Positions 37,861 through 50,489 of a stretch of DNA of 64,000 nt are shown here, piece by piece. This DNA comes from Octopus sinensis. Taxonomy: Eukaryota. Position 1 is the first letter of the stretch. Every line of letters begins with the position of its first letter. A program made the translations under genes and the position numbers. Location of the stretch: positions 127,038,001 to 127,102,000 of the forward strand of contig NC_042999.1 in assembly GCF_006345805.1 (NCBI RefSeq), in the 5' to 3' direction. Below the pieces are notes generated by a model. It had not been told where the DNA came from. It did not search any database and worked only from the letters and a program-made list of their open reading frames with translations.

Positions 37861-39088
37861 TATATTACAACGACATTATAAGCACCAACTTGAGACAGAA
37901 ACAAGAGTGATAGGTCTACTGACTGAACTAAACCCCTGTAACTATCACTTGCTGGGTTTATTACACACAGAGAGTCTGCCAGTCCTTTTTTTTTTAATTA
38001 GCACTTAAGAATTTATTCTGTTATTCAAAACAAGGGAGAATGAGAAGAAAGAATGGTAGCCCCCCACCTCTAGTATAACTGGTAACATAACTGCCTGTTG
38101 GTTAGAGTCACAAATTAATGCTTATCATTTCTCATATCAGCTGACCTATCATTGATATTTTGTTATTAGAGCTTGCATAAACACCTGACTGTACATTTAA
38201 AGTTTTACTGAACAAGGTGTTGATGATGATGATGATGATGATACTCATTCAACTAAAAAGAAAAAAAAAGGTATTTCCAGTTATTTCTATATCACACCAA
38301 CAGTGCCTTACATCTCTTGTCATCAAATCCATTTATCTGTCCATGATGGTTGCTTAGGCACAAGTGAGGAATGACGCAATTTTACTTAACTATGAACTTG
38401 TGTGTCTGATCTCTTCTTTTAACTGACAAACATGGTCAATAACTTTGTTGTGAACCATTACTTCATACCATCCAATGGCAGAGGCTGTAAATGCTACTTT
38501 AGCTTGAGTTTTAAAAAATCCTAATGCTTTTGTTTTTTTTTTCCTGTGTCTCATATAGACTTTCCTAGCTTAAAATAATGGCTTTTTTTTTAGTTGTTTT
38601 ATTATTGTAGAACAAAATAAAATAACTTCTACTATTTTATCTCTTCCTTTCTCTTTTTTATTGATTTATTCCTGTTTGTTTAAATGCGTCTTTTCATGGC
38701 TGACTAAATATTTAATTTAACACTTGCAGATTATAAATATTCTGTTTGTTTCTTTTGCAGATATTCCAGCACATGCTGTTTTCCTGATCACTTCATACTC
38801 AATCAACTCAAGTTATTTAATTTTTCCTTTCTAACATCCATGGGACCTACATGTGCTTAAATATGCCTACATGTGCCTCCAACTCTTATCATCAACTCCA
38901 TTTATCTGTACAACTCATCCCTCTCACATTTTGCCTATCATATCTAGTAACATTTCACCTTTATACCATACTTAATCTCATATTGTCCAATCCTCTCCTC
39001 TATCTATTCCTCTTGTCATAGCTATTACTCTCTCTGTTGATCATTTTGTTGCAATGTCCATGCATTTCAATTGGTCTCTCTCTGGCTC

Positions 39089-39148
<60 letters not shown>

Positions 39149-41224
39149 ACCCCTCTCTCTCTCTCTCTCTCTGATGTCTTTTCATAAACAGGAAGTATGT
39201 GGGTTGTTTTTCAAGCTGTAGAGAATCCTAACCAATAAAGAGAATGACCTCTCTGCAATAAAACAATTATACCTTACATAATGTTCAGCACATGACAAAT
39301 ATTGCTGTGCTGTTCTACTGCAGTGGTTGATGCTAAGAAAAACATGTAGTTTTTAATTCCTGTCAAACAAAATATTTATCAAACTGAGCCAGCAGTGTTA
39401 AAACTGATCCTGTTGATGAGCATGATCATTATTACATACTACCCGGCTGTAGTTGAATTAGGACTACAAGTGCACATTCCCTTTTCATATCATGGTTTGC
39501 CAGAGTGAGAACTATCTATTTATTTTTCCACACACTTTATCACCAATCTTGAACAATTTAATTATAAATTAACATTAGCTTATGTTTCCTCAATTTCCTA
39601 CCTCCAAATCAACCCTCCCAAGCCTCATTCTCCCTCATGTTTTACTGACATTGATCCTATTTGTTCTTAGATGCTAATAACATTTTGCGTCACTCAAAAG
39701 TCTTGATGTATTTGTTCCATTGTGCATTGTTTTTTGTGTTTTCTTTGTCTGTTTTCTTTTGTGGAAAACATTAAGTCAGAATTACTGTACCATGACTGCT
39801 TCAGTTGCAACACTGTGGTATGAGTAACCAAGTTCTTTTGTTATTTTAAATACTGTTAAAAAATACAGTTGGCAGACAAGACACATGTTAAACAAGTATG
39901 ATTTCATTAGACTACTTTCTTTTTGTTTTAATGTTTAATGGAAAGAAAGTTACCTGTTTGTGACAAAATCTTTCAACTGTTTTCAAACTGACTCAGAGAC
40001 ATTTTGGTTATTTATGAATATAATACTTTGATATATCTTAAGTTTATTTATGAATATAATGCCTTGATATATCTCAGGTTTCAAATTCCTATATTTAGTA
40101 TTAATTTAATTGCTTAGAAAGAAATAGAAACAATTTTATGTTGTCTTGTTTATTTATATATATGCATGTATTTTTTACTGAAGTGTGCGTATGTGTGGGT
40201 AGAAAAAGCAATGAAATGGAATGGAGTCAGCATATATTATACATGATATGGTCGAATGACCATAGGTTAAATATTCCAGTTTCATTTGACTGATCTGACT
40301 TGGAGATATTATTTATTGTCATCCAGCTGGTTTGTTAACTAGCTATCATTTAGATCATTGAGTACAATTTGTCCCCTGAAGAATATTATAGTGGTTAAAC
40401 ATTTACTTTATATCAGAATGTAAGCTGAATTATCACAACTGATGTTTTAAATAGATATACTTCAAAGTTTAGAAAGACAAAAAAAGACTAGAATGATAAA
40501 GATTCTATGGTGAACATGGATAATAGGTGCTGTATGAACATAATAGCTGATGTGATTAAATCACTGAAGCAGAAGTAAACTAAAATAGTTATTTTTATTG
40601 AAGTTCAGAGAAATGACAGGGAGGTATGTTACAAATTAACAAACTTGATAACACCGAAAAAAAATCATATTTTTACTGAATAAGTGAAAATGATTCAGAC
40701 ATTTTTGTTTATTTGACAATGTCTCTAATGACAATAACTTCTCCTGTCAAGCTGTATTTGTGCTGATACAAAAAGCAGAATAAATCAAAATCTATTTCCC
40801 TTGTCAGAAAAAAAAATGTAGCTAAATGGTGAAATTCCTTGAACTCACAAAATGTAGGCTTTTATTATTCTCAGTTGAATCTTAATATTTATAGATAAGT
40901 TAATAAAACAATGAAAAAATTCTAAAACAAAATCAGATATTTTCTGACTTCCCCAGGTTATGACCTTATGGTTTTATGTCAGATTAAAAAAAAAAACTGC
41001 TGCATTTGAATCGCATTTACCATGTCATTGAAGGTTGGAAAATTCTAAAAGTTCTGACATTTGCATAAATTATTGGATCATTATTTTCCCAGCTGGATAT
41101 TTTCCCAAATTCCAACAACTAATCTACACTGTGCTTACTGTTTGGTATCAGTGGTACCTAGTTATCTAAACTGGCAGAAGCCATAAGAGACTCACATTTA
41201 CAATTACAAAGAATATAATAATAA

Positions 41225-41490
41225 TGGCTTCAAATTTTGGCACAGGGCCAGCAGTTTTTGAGGGGAAAGGAAAGTTGATTACATTAACTCCAGTACTTGA
41301 CTGGTACTTATTTTATCAACCTCGAAAGGATGAAGGACAAAGTTGACCTCAGTTGAAGTTGAGCTCAGAACATAAAGACAGACAAAATGCCACTATGCTT
41401 TTAGTCTGGCGGAATTTGAGCTCAGAACTTGAAGACAGATGAAATACCACTAAGCATTTTGTCCAGTGTGCTAATGGTGCTGCCAGCACT
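41225..41490 (-). mobile_element. SINE family B with duplicated B-box segment
   Basis: TTGAGCTCAGAAC..AAGACAGA..AAAT.CCACTA.GC.TTT.GTC occurs twice in tandem (~41356-41465). Confidence 0.8.
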
Positions 41491-42821
41491 GTCCTGAATA
41501 AGAAAATGATAATATTTAATAGTAAGTGAGTCTTTGCGTAAAATTATTCTAGCACTTTATGGTGTTAATAGGAAATAAACTGAAGTTCTCTATTTTGACA
41601 TCAAAGTATCACACACTCACACTAACACACAAACATACACACTCATGTACACACTCGCATAGACTCTCACACATGCAGCAACCAAATCACATAATAATCT
41701 TCATCATCAGTATCATCAAATATTTGCTTTATTACCGTGCTGCTGTTAACAGTATGAAGTATAATGAAGTGTCGTCCCTTCTGTGAAGCCAAGTATCTTA
41801 TTATCGACATTCATTACATTCTCTCTTTCCTTTCATAATCACAACTTCTTCTGGTCAATAGATAATCCTTCTTCCTCTAGGAACTTACTGTCAATTCATA
41901 TAAACATGCTATAAGTTTGTATGTACCCTTGCCTAGACATCATGCGATGGTTGTAAATGAATATATTATCATACAAGAGAGGTTTTTTTGTTTTCAGTCG
42001 TCTGGAGAAAACATGTCTAGCTTTATTATATTATATTACCTTGCTTGGAAAGAAGTGAGGGTTAATGACAGAAAGGGCATCCAGCTGTAAAAAATTTGCC
42101 TCAATAAATTTTGTCAGACCCATGCAAATATAGAAAAGTGAATGTTAAATAATGATGAAGATGAGGATGATGATAAGGAGGAAGATAATGACGATGACAG
42201 AGTAAGCTTTATTATGGATTATATCTATTTGTTTTGAGCTGTCAATATTTCAGTAAGTAAATTAAATTAATTAAATAGATTCATATTCATTAGATATATA
42301 GAACAGTTGTAAAATATCTTTCATGTTTATTATACAACCTCACCATGGAAAGTAGTTTCTGGTTTATTAACCTTCATCAGTAATCAAATACCCTTTATTT
42401 TATAACCACTGTGAAATTGTATTTAAAGTTACTGTTATTGAACTCATATCTAAATCAAGTAAACTGATTTGAATATTAGACATATTTTTGACTTTTAGTT
42501 CTGTTACATAACATACAAACTACTCTATGTAGTGCAATTAAGCTCGACATATTCTGGGCCTGTATTGGCTAAAAAAACCTACCTACTTTATATCTAATTT
42601 ATCTCTCTGTCTTTGTAGGTGATAGTATGGTGACATATGTGTTGTGTAAAGCAGTTTCACATTACTTTGTTACATTGTGAAAGTGAAGAAACCAATTAAT
42701 TTAAAATACTGAAAAATGCATTTGTTGATATAGCTGAGATATATTGGTATTCCTTTATACTCATTTTCCAAATTCCGTTTTCGTATGTTTAAATCTCCAG
42801 TTTGTTTAAAACATACTCATG

Positions 42822-43680
42822 GGCACAGGCGTGGCTGTGTGGTACAAAGCTTGCGACTCAACCACATGGTTTTGAGTTCAGTGTCACTGTGTGGTTCCAT
42901 GGGTAATTATCTTCAACTATAACCTTGTTGTGGGCTGGATGTGATGTGCCATATCAGGTCGTTATGATGTAGCCCACCACCAAATAAAGCATGTAGATGT
43001 AACACTTGAAGGTTCTCGCATCAGAGTACCAGTAAACATTGAAAAATCAACACCAAGAAGAATGAAATATTATTTACATATGTTTATTCATTTGCCTGAC
43101 AGATAGTTAAAGAGACAGTAGCAATTCTGGTGATAGTGACAACAAGGATGGCTCACTAGTAAGTAGTTAATAGTGTAAAAAAAGGTTGTCTGTCAGTAGA
43201 GAGTGAAAGAGTAAGGAATGCACGGTGCTAACTAGAAAAAAAGAGAGGATAAAGGCGGCATCATCTTTCTTGTGGCCGAAAGGGAAGTGTTGCTCTTGAT
43301 CATGGCTGATGCAAAAGAGTGTGTAGCTTGTTGGTCTGGCTAACACAAAAGAGAGGGTGTTGCTCCTTGGTCATAGCTGATACATAAGAGGAAGAGATAG
43401 GAAATTCTCCCTGTTAAATAGACTATGGTTGGTAATGTAGATCAAACCTTAAACAAAGGACTGACCTTTCCTTGACTTGCACAGGTCCTAGGGAGTTGAG
43501 TGTTTCCTCATCAATCATCTGGTGTGGAGAGGATTTCTCACTTGTTTTGACAAGCAACAAGCAGCTGGATTTGGTTTCAAATCTCAGGTAGGGTCAAGCT
43601 AGATCCCTACAACTTCATGCCAACCAAAGCCTTGTGAGTGGATTTGGAAGAGGAAAGCTGAAAGAAGCCCATCGTATATA
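42822..43680 (+). mobile_element. SINE family A split by a solo LTR
   Basis: The head GGCACAGGCGTGGCTGTGTGGTA...TCTTCAACTATAACCT resumes after the insertion as CATGCCAACCAAAGCCTTGTGAGTGGATTTGG. Confidence 0.85.
42926..43611 (-). mobile_element. Solo LTR (686 bp, TG...CA, 4-bp TSD; Gypsy-like)
   Basis: Begins TGTTGTGGG and ends CCCTACA. TSD ACCT (42922-42925) / ACTT (43612-43615). Removing it restores the SINE. Orientation is inferred from a minus-strand AATAAA near 43085. Confidence 0.7.
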
Positions 43681-43701
43681 TGTATTTATAAAATACATAT
43701 A

Positions 43702-44917
43702 CAGGGTGTGTAAGGCATTTGCAGACATACCTTTCTTGAGACATTGCTGCATTTTTTGCTAATTCTGTATAAGCTTTGTTTCAAAAAATAATAATGGCAG
43801 ACCCTCAGCTTACTCAAGAAATGAAGAGGCATGCTGTTATTGTGGTTATAAAGGCTGTACATAGTGATTTAGAAATATCTTGATTTTTAGAAGTTGCCAG
43901 ATCTTTCATCTACAAGGTTTGTAAGGAGCTAGCTACTGAAGATGGAAATGTATCACCAGTATCAAAGCATCAAAATGCTCTAAAATCATCAGAACACTTG
44001 AATTTATCCAGCAAGTTCAACAGACCATTGATTACAATCCCAGAAAGCCCATGAGGTTAATCGTAAAAGATCTCCATGTGTCAGAAGGAAAAGTCAGAAA
44101 TGTCTATGAAGACATTAGATATAAGTCTTTTATGATGAGGGAAGGTCAATTTGTGAGAAAAAGCAAAAGAAAATCACTACATCAGATATAAAAGGCTCTT
44201 AAACATACTGAAAAATCCAACAGAAGATTTGATTTGGTTTTTCTCAAACAAGAAAAACTTCGACCTAGATCAAAAAACTTAATAGAAGAAATGACAGATG
44301 GTTATGTGCAAACCCTTCTGAAGTTCCAAGTGATATGCATACAAAATTTCCTGCAACTGTCATGGTTTTAGGGGTTGTCAGCAAAGAAGGACATGTGATG
44401 GCTCCTTACTTCTTTCCACCAGGCCTTACAGTTAACTCTGTTGCCTACATTGAGGTCCTGGAAATAATTGTTAAGCCCTAGATAGACAGTGTATGCAATA
44501 GAAGGCCATATGTGTTTCAGTAAGACACTGTACTATCACACATGGCTCTAGTAACACAAGAATGGATGGCTGAAAATTTTCATGATCACATAACCCCTAA
44601 CATTTGGCCTCCTAATTCTCCAGATCTCAATCTATTGGACTATTACATGTGGAGTGTTGTTGAGAGAGAGGTCAATGAACATGCCCATAACACCAAAGAT
44701 TCTTTGAAAGCTCCTATAGTCAGAGTAATGTCCAAAATGAACCAGGACCACTTGATTTGAGCATGTAGATGATTTAGATCTCATATAGAAGCAGAAGGTG
44801 GCTATATTGAATAACATTATAGAAGAGAAGGTTTATTTTTATCCTTATAGCATTTTTTGATAAATAAAGTTATTATCTGTTATCATATATCTGTTCTCAA
44901 ATATCTTACACACATTG
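43702..44917 (+). mobile_element. Near full-length maT (DD37D) Tc1/mariner transposon with TA TSD
   Basis: TIRs TA|CAGGGTGTGTAAGGCATTTG and CAAATATCTTACACACATTG|TA. It contains a transposase pseudogene. Confidence 0.9.
43794..44813 (+). pseudogene. maT DD37D transposase pseudogene (stops and frameshifts)
   Basis: MADPQLTQEMKRHAVIV...WFFSNKKNF...VMVLGVVSKEG...YVFQ*DTVLSH...WPPNSPDLNLLDYYMWS, with 37 residues between the 2nd and 3rd Asp. Confidence 0.9.
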
Positions 44918-45660
44918 TATATATGTATGTATATATGTATACACACACACACACACACACACACATACACATACGCACACACATGCACACACATATATGT
45001 GCCATGTTAAAATCAACCAGCGCACTCTATGGAGTGACTGGCATTAGGAAGGGCATCCAGCTATAGAAACCATGTCAAAACAGACAGTTGAGCCTAGTGT
45101 AGCCCCTGGTCTTACCAGCTCCTCTCAAACTGTCCAACCCATGCCAGTATGGAAAACAGACATTAAATGATGATGATTATGATGATGATATGCATAACAT
45201 AAAGCATAGTGCGAAAGGATAGAAGATAGAAACAAATAAGGTAACAGAAAAGGAAAGAGAAAAGTATTAGACAAAGAAAACAAAGAAAAAAGAAAGGAAG
45301 AAAGGAAAGAAGAAAGGAAGGAGGGGATGAGAGAGGAGGGGATGAGGGAAAGAGAGAAATCTTCATACGAAATATGTAATCACACATATGATTCTCAACC
45401 TTAGCCTTGGGTCATTTTTACCCACGTTGGGAAGAGGTAAGTGAAAGGTGCAAGGGGAGAGAAAGGGGTGATGATTTTAGTTTATTTTTAATCTAAAAAG
45501 GGATTCCTTGTAAATAAAAACAGCCTTAGGAACGAGTGGGAAATAATGGTGTCTGTTAAATAAATAGTAAAATAATTTTATATTTTATAATGTAATTGTC
45601 TTCAACAATGTATAATTTATTTAACTCGACCTAAATCTACATTTCCTGAGATCCTGACAG

Positions 45661-46098
45661 CAAACATACACACACACGTACATACACAAATGACACATAC
45701 ACACAAACACACATGCAGACACACATTCACACATTCACACACACACACAGATACAGACACACACACACAAACACAAATATACATAGTCACACACATACAA
45801 GCACAAATATACATCCACACACATACACGCACACACATACACATATACAAACACGCACACATACAAACATACACACAAGCACAAATATACATGCATACAA
45901 TACACACACATATATATACACACACATACAAACATACACACACATACTTGCATGCACACACATGCACACACACTTACAGAAAACAAATGTTACATACACA
46001 CACATACAAACACAAATATACATACACACATACAAACATACACAAACATGCACACACACACACACACACACACACTTGCACCTGCGCGCACACACACA
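45661..46098. repeat. Long degenerate (CA)n-rich tract
   Basis: Directly visible. Confidence 0.9.
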
Positions 46099-46547
46099 TT
46101 GATCATGATTATTATATATAATTGAAAATCTGCAAGAATCACAGTAGAGAACATCTGTTGCAACCTCAATAAAAGATATCTCAACAATCTCAGAATAAAA
46201 CCTTAATAAGAAATAATGATCTTCAACCAATCATATCAATACTACTTAATTCCCAGAATCTGGATACTGATGAAAATCATCACAGCTGTAAGGCCCACCA
46301 AAATCCCAACCAAAACAGTATTAAACAGACTCATTACTTTCCGTTATTTACTTTAAAAAAAAAACAAAAAAACTCTACAATGACATTGCCAATTTACACG
46401 TTACTATTCCTAACTCACAACAAGGATTCGGGCCACTACTATCCCTCAATAAAAATTCATCAATTAAAAATTATGCATGCAGGCATAATTGTAAAGCACT
46501 TAGCTGGAGACTTCAAGGGATGTGAGTTCGAGTCTCATGGCTTTTTC

Positions 46548-46669
46548 TGACCGATAGAATAAGTGCTAGGCTTACAAAGAATAAGCCCCGGGGTCAATTT
46601 GCTCGACTAAAGGCGGTGCTCCAGCATGGCCACAGTCAAACGACTGAAACAAGTAAAAGAGTAAAAGAG
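46548..46669 (+). mobile_element. 5'-truncated SINE family A tail
   Basis: GACCGATAGAATAAGTGCTAGGCTTACAAAGAATAAG...GGCGGTGCTCCAGCATGGCC...GACTGAAACAAGTAAAAGAGTAAAAGAG. Confidence 0.85.
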
Positions 46670-48326
46670 CATCATTCTAATTATCATCAATATCAACATC
46701 AACAAAGTTTTTCAATTCTGTTTTCTAACATTCAGCTTCTCCAGAGGCACTTTGGTGTGGTCAGCTATGACTCCTGGCTCCGCTGCTTGTCAGACTGTAA
46801 AAAGCAAACTGTCAAGGTATCAGTTGCTCTCTGTCAGGTTTGTGGTCGAAACTATAACTGTGGAAATCTACAGTGTTCTTGGTCTCCAAACCATATACCT
46901 GCTCACTACTATCAGGGCAGAGATGGCTATCGACAAGTGTGAGCCCCATGAGTCAGAGTGACTATCCACAAATGCAAGCCCTGTGAGTCAGAATGGCTGT
47001 TCCAGCACATCTCACTCACTATTTTCTGGGACAATGCCTTTCCCATTTCGTGTGCTGGGATCATACAGCTTACAAAAAATTGTACTTTCCACTCCTTAAT
47101 GTAAAGTTATCTATATAAGTTGCAGTTACATATTAACTTATACACAAATATCTCAACACTTTCTTAAGAACCAACATAGCATAACATGGCTACTGACTAT
47201 GTAGAATGCAGAGAGTCTGGTATGGGGCCAACAGCATTAGAGAGCACTGGTGGACCTGGACAACTTCACACATAATGATGTTCCTGGGACTACTTACCTG
47301 GGACCACCCCAGCTCCATCAAGAGCATAGCAAGCAAGCAGCTATGTCCCAGGTTGACCATCATGAATAGTATACAATGATAAGAGAATGCATCAAGGTGA
47401 TGTCTTTACCACCATCTTCTCTGTTTTCCAACTGAAGTAAACATGTATCTCACCTATAGCAAGACACCTATTCCTCTCCCTCTACTATACTTTAGTCTCT
47501 CATCACCTAATAGAAAGCCACCTCTCTCAACATTACTGCTCCCTCAGTTGAAGGGTTTTGTCTGGCAATCCCACTGGTGCTGATGCCATATAAAAGACAC
47601 CCACTACACTCTGTAAAATGGTTGGCATAAGAAAGGGCACCCAACCATCTGACTATACTAACCATAAAGTAAGCACTGGAGTATAACAAAACCTCTGACT
47701 CACCAGATCCCATTGTATTGTCCAACCAATGACAGCATAGAGAACAGACATTAAATGATAATGATGATGATGATGATGATGAATAACAAACCTAGAATCT
47801 GCAGTTTCTCAAAATGGAATAGCACAAAAATCACTTTTCATCTAGTCTCTTTTCAAACCGTACCTATACATCCTTTCCAAACCTCTCAAAACATACACAC
47901 AGCTTCATGTATTGATGACAAGACAGTCATATCGTGTTACCACTTCCCATACATAGTCGTACAAAATCTCCGAAACTATGTCACCCTTCTAGAAACCTAT
48001 TTCAAAAACAACTTACTTATAGTAGCATGTACCAAATCTACTATTTTCTTTTTTACTAGCAACACCAGAGAACATCACTCTCAAATAACATTTTCCCTCA
48101 AAATACTATTGGAAGTCATTTTATGGACCAATCTGATGATAGCAAGAATATGATAGTGACAACTTGATTTAAGCTAAGTCAGATCTCTTCCTTCTAGCAT
48201 GAAACTTAAGTAGCTTGTTGCAAATAATATTTTGTGTAATACACGCACACACACACCCACATGTTATTGCATAAACACATCATGCTTATCTAGGCTTAAA
48301 CTCTCATCCTTAAAAATTTTCCTAAC

Positions 48327-48368
<42 letters not shown>

Positions 48369-48393
48369 AATTTATAACCCTTCATCATATATT

Positions 48394-48809
48394 TATTTCT
48401 TTATTGACCACAGGGGTCTAAACATAGAGGGAACAAGCAAGGACATACAAAGGGATTAAGTTGATTACATCGACTCCAGTGCGTAACTGGTACTTATTTA
48501 ATCAACCCTGAAAGGATGAAGAGCAGAGTTGCCCTTGGTGGAATTTGAACTCAGAATATAATGGCAGACGAAATACCTATTTCTTTACTACCCACAAGGG
48601 GCTAAACACAGAGAGGACAAACAAGGACAGACAAATGGATTAAGTCGAGTTTATCGACTCCAGTGCGTAACTGGTACTTATTTAATCGACCCTGAAAGGA
48701 TGAAAGGCAAAGTTGACCTCGGCGGAATTTGAACTCAGAATGTAATGGCAGACAAAATACTGCTAAGCATTTCGCCCAGCATGCTAACGATTCTGCCAGC
48801 TTGCTGCCC
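48394..48809 (-). mobile_element. Dimeric family B SINE with 19-bp TSD
   Basis: TSD TAACCCTTCATCATATATT at 48375-48393 and 48810-48828. Two tandem body+tail units (about 48394-48578 and 48579-48760) with a single A-box head. Confidence 0.9.
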
Positions 48810-48810
48810 T

Positions 48811-48972
48811 AACCCTTCATCATATATTGACTATAGAAAATAGTCTAATATTAGGGCATATAAACCACCATAATGATAAAGAAATGGACATGTATGCCTA
48901 TTTTTTTCCTTTACAGGTTTTATATACCCAAATATTAGACTAATTTTTATAGTCAATATATAGTGAAGGTTT
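48811..48972. repeat. Imperfect inverted repeat (~55-bp arms)
   Basis: CCTTCATCATATATTGACTATAGAAAATAGTCTAATATT pairs with AATATTAGACTAATTTTTATAGTCAATATATAGTGAAGG. Confidence 0.75.
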
Positions 48973-49338
48973 GTAATTCTATTTACGATGTGTGTGTGTG
49001 TGTGTGTGCATGTGCATATATATATATATCAGACAAGGCATAAATAAAGGTCATCACATATTTCTTTATTGCAGTAAATTTGACTTACAGCTGACTCCAG
49101 TAGTCAATATATGTTTGTTATTGATAAGTTTACTCAATCAGCCAATTGACAGATTGAGGAAAATTGAATGATCTAGAAAATTAATGCTACTTTTATCTCA
49201 GAGTCATTTCATTTGGATCTTGCCACAAGGAAACACATTCTTTATTAATCTAAACAATATTGCTAGCCAGGTAAACTAACAGAGTGCTTATAAAGTATTT
49301 TGCCTGGATTGACAATCCTTCTCTAATAACATTGTTAT

Positions 49339-49546
49339 GAGCTGGCAGAGTTGTTAGCACACTGGGTGAAATGCTTAGTGGTATTTCTCCCGTTGCTACG
49401 TTCTGAGTTCAAACTCCACTGGGGTTGACTTTGCCTTTTATCCTTTCGGGGTCGATAAATTAAGTACCAGTTGAGTACTAGGGTCGATGTAATCGACTAG
49501 TCACCCTCCCCCAAATTTCAGGTCTTATGCCTATAGTAGAAAGGAT
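49339..49546 (+). mobile_element. Full-length SINE family B
   Basis: A-box-like TGGCAGAGTTG, B box GAGTTCAAACT, central GCCTTTTATCCTTTCGGGGTCGATAAATTAAGTACCAG, tail ATGCCTATAGTAGAAAGGAT. Confidence 0.9.
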
Positions 49547-50036
49547 ATATATATATAAGGTAATCAATAGTTTGACCCCAGTGAGTTCAAATCTACCCTT
49601 CATCCATTCAGTTTTGATCAAGAACAAATTCAGTGTTGATGCAGCCCACTGTCTGGCTATGAAATCCTGCTTATTTAGCAAGGTCAAGGGTAAGAGGACA
49701 GAGGGTGTCCATGTCTGCTTCTGACTATATAGATATCCTAAGCATGGTTCAAGCTCATACCATGCCATTCACACTTCTGAATGACAGCCCTAGCTTTTGT
49801 TCATTCATTTTTTTTTTACATTAATTTTTCCAGTATAAAAATGTTTAGAAGAATACATATTATTGACACACTGTTTTTGCAGCTGGATGCTTTTCCAGTC
49901 ACAAAACCTTACTTGCTTTTAAAATATGGGAGTGTTCATTAGATTCATTCCTGAAAGTGCAATATTACCAGATTATTTTATAGCTTTAGTATTATATATA
50001 ACTTTATCTACTTTGAGTTCCACCATTAAAAACAAT

Positions 50037-50050
50037 TCATCATCATCATC

Positions 50051-50104
<54 letters not shown>

Positions 50105-50436
50105 GTCACCATCATCATCGTCATCGTTTAATGTCTGCTTTCCTTGCTGGCATGGGTTGGATGATTTAACTGAGGTCTGGCAAGCCAGAAGGCTGCACCA
50201 GGCTCCAATCTGATCTGGCAAAGTTTCTACAGCTGGATACCCTTCCTAACGCTAACCACTCTGAGAGTGTAGTGGGTGCTTTTATGTGTCACTAGCATGA
50301 GGGCCAGTCAGGTGGTACTAGTAACAACCATGCTCAAAAGGTGTTTGTTATGGGCCACCTGTATGGAAGCCAGTCCAGCAGCACTGGCAATGACCATGCT
50401 CAAAAGTGGTTTTTCACATGCCACTGGCACATGTGC
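50037..50436 (-). mobile_element. RTE-tail repeat with long (CAT)n tail
   Basis: Same family as 29575-30050. Confidence 0.85.
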
Positions 50437-50439
50437 CAA

Positions 50440-50482
<43 letters not shown>

Positions 50483-50489
50483 TTATAAT

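Noticed and set aside
39270-39830. Short hairpins (39285-39312, 39782-39827) as pre-miRNAs
   Set aside because: The stems are too short or irregular, and there is no match to conserved bilaterian miRNAs I can recall.
46700-47176. Possible LTR with internal repeats containing TGAGTCA
   Set aside because: It ends in AACA, but I could not find a matching start or TSD, so it is left unclassified.
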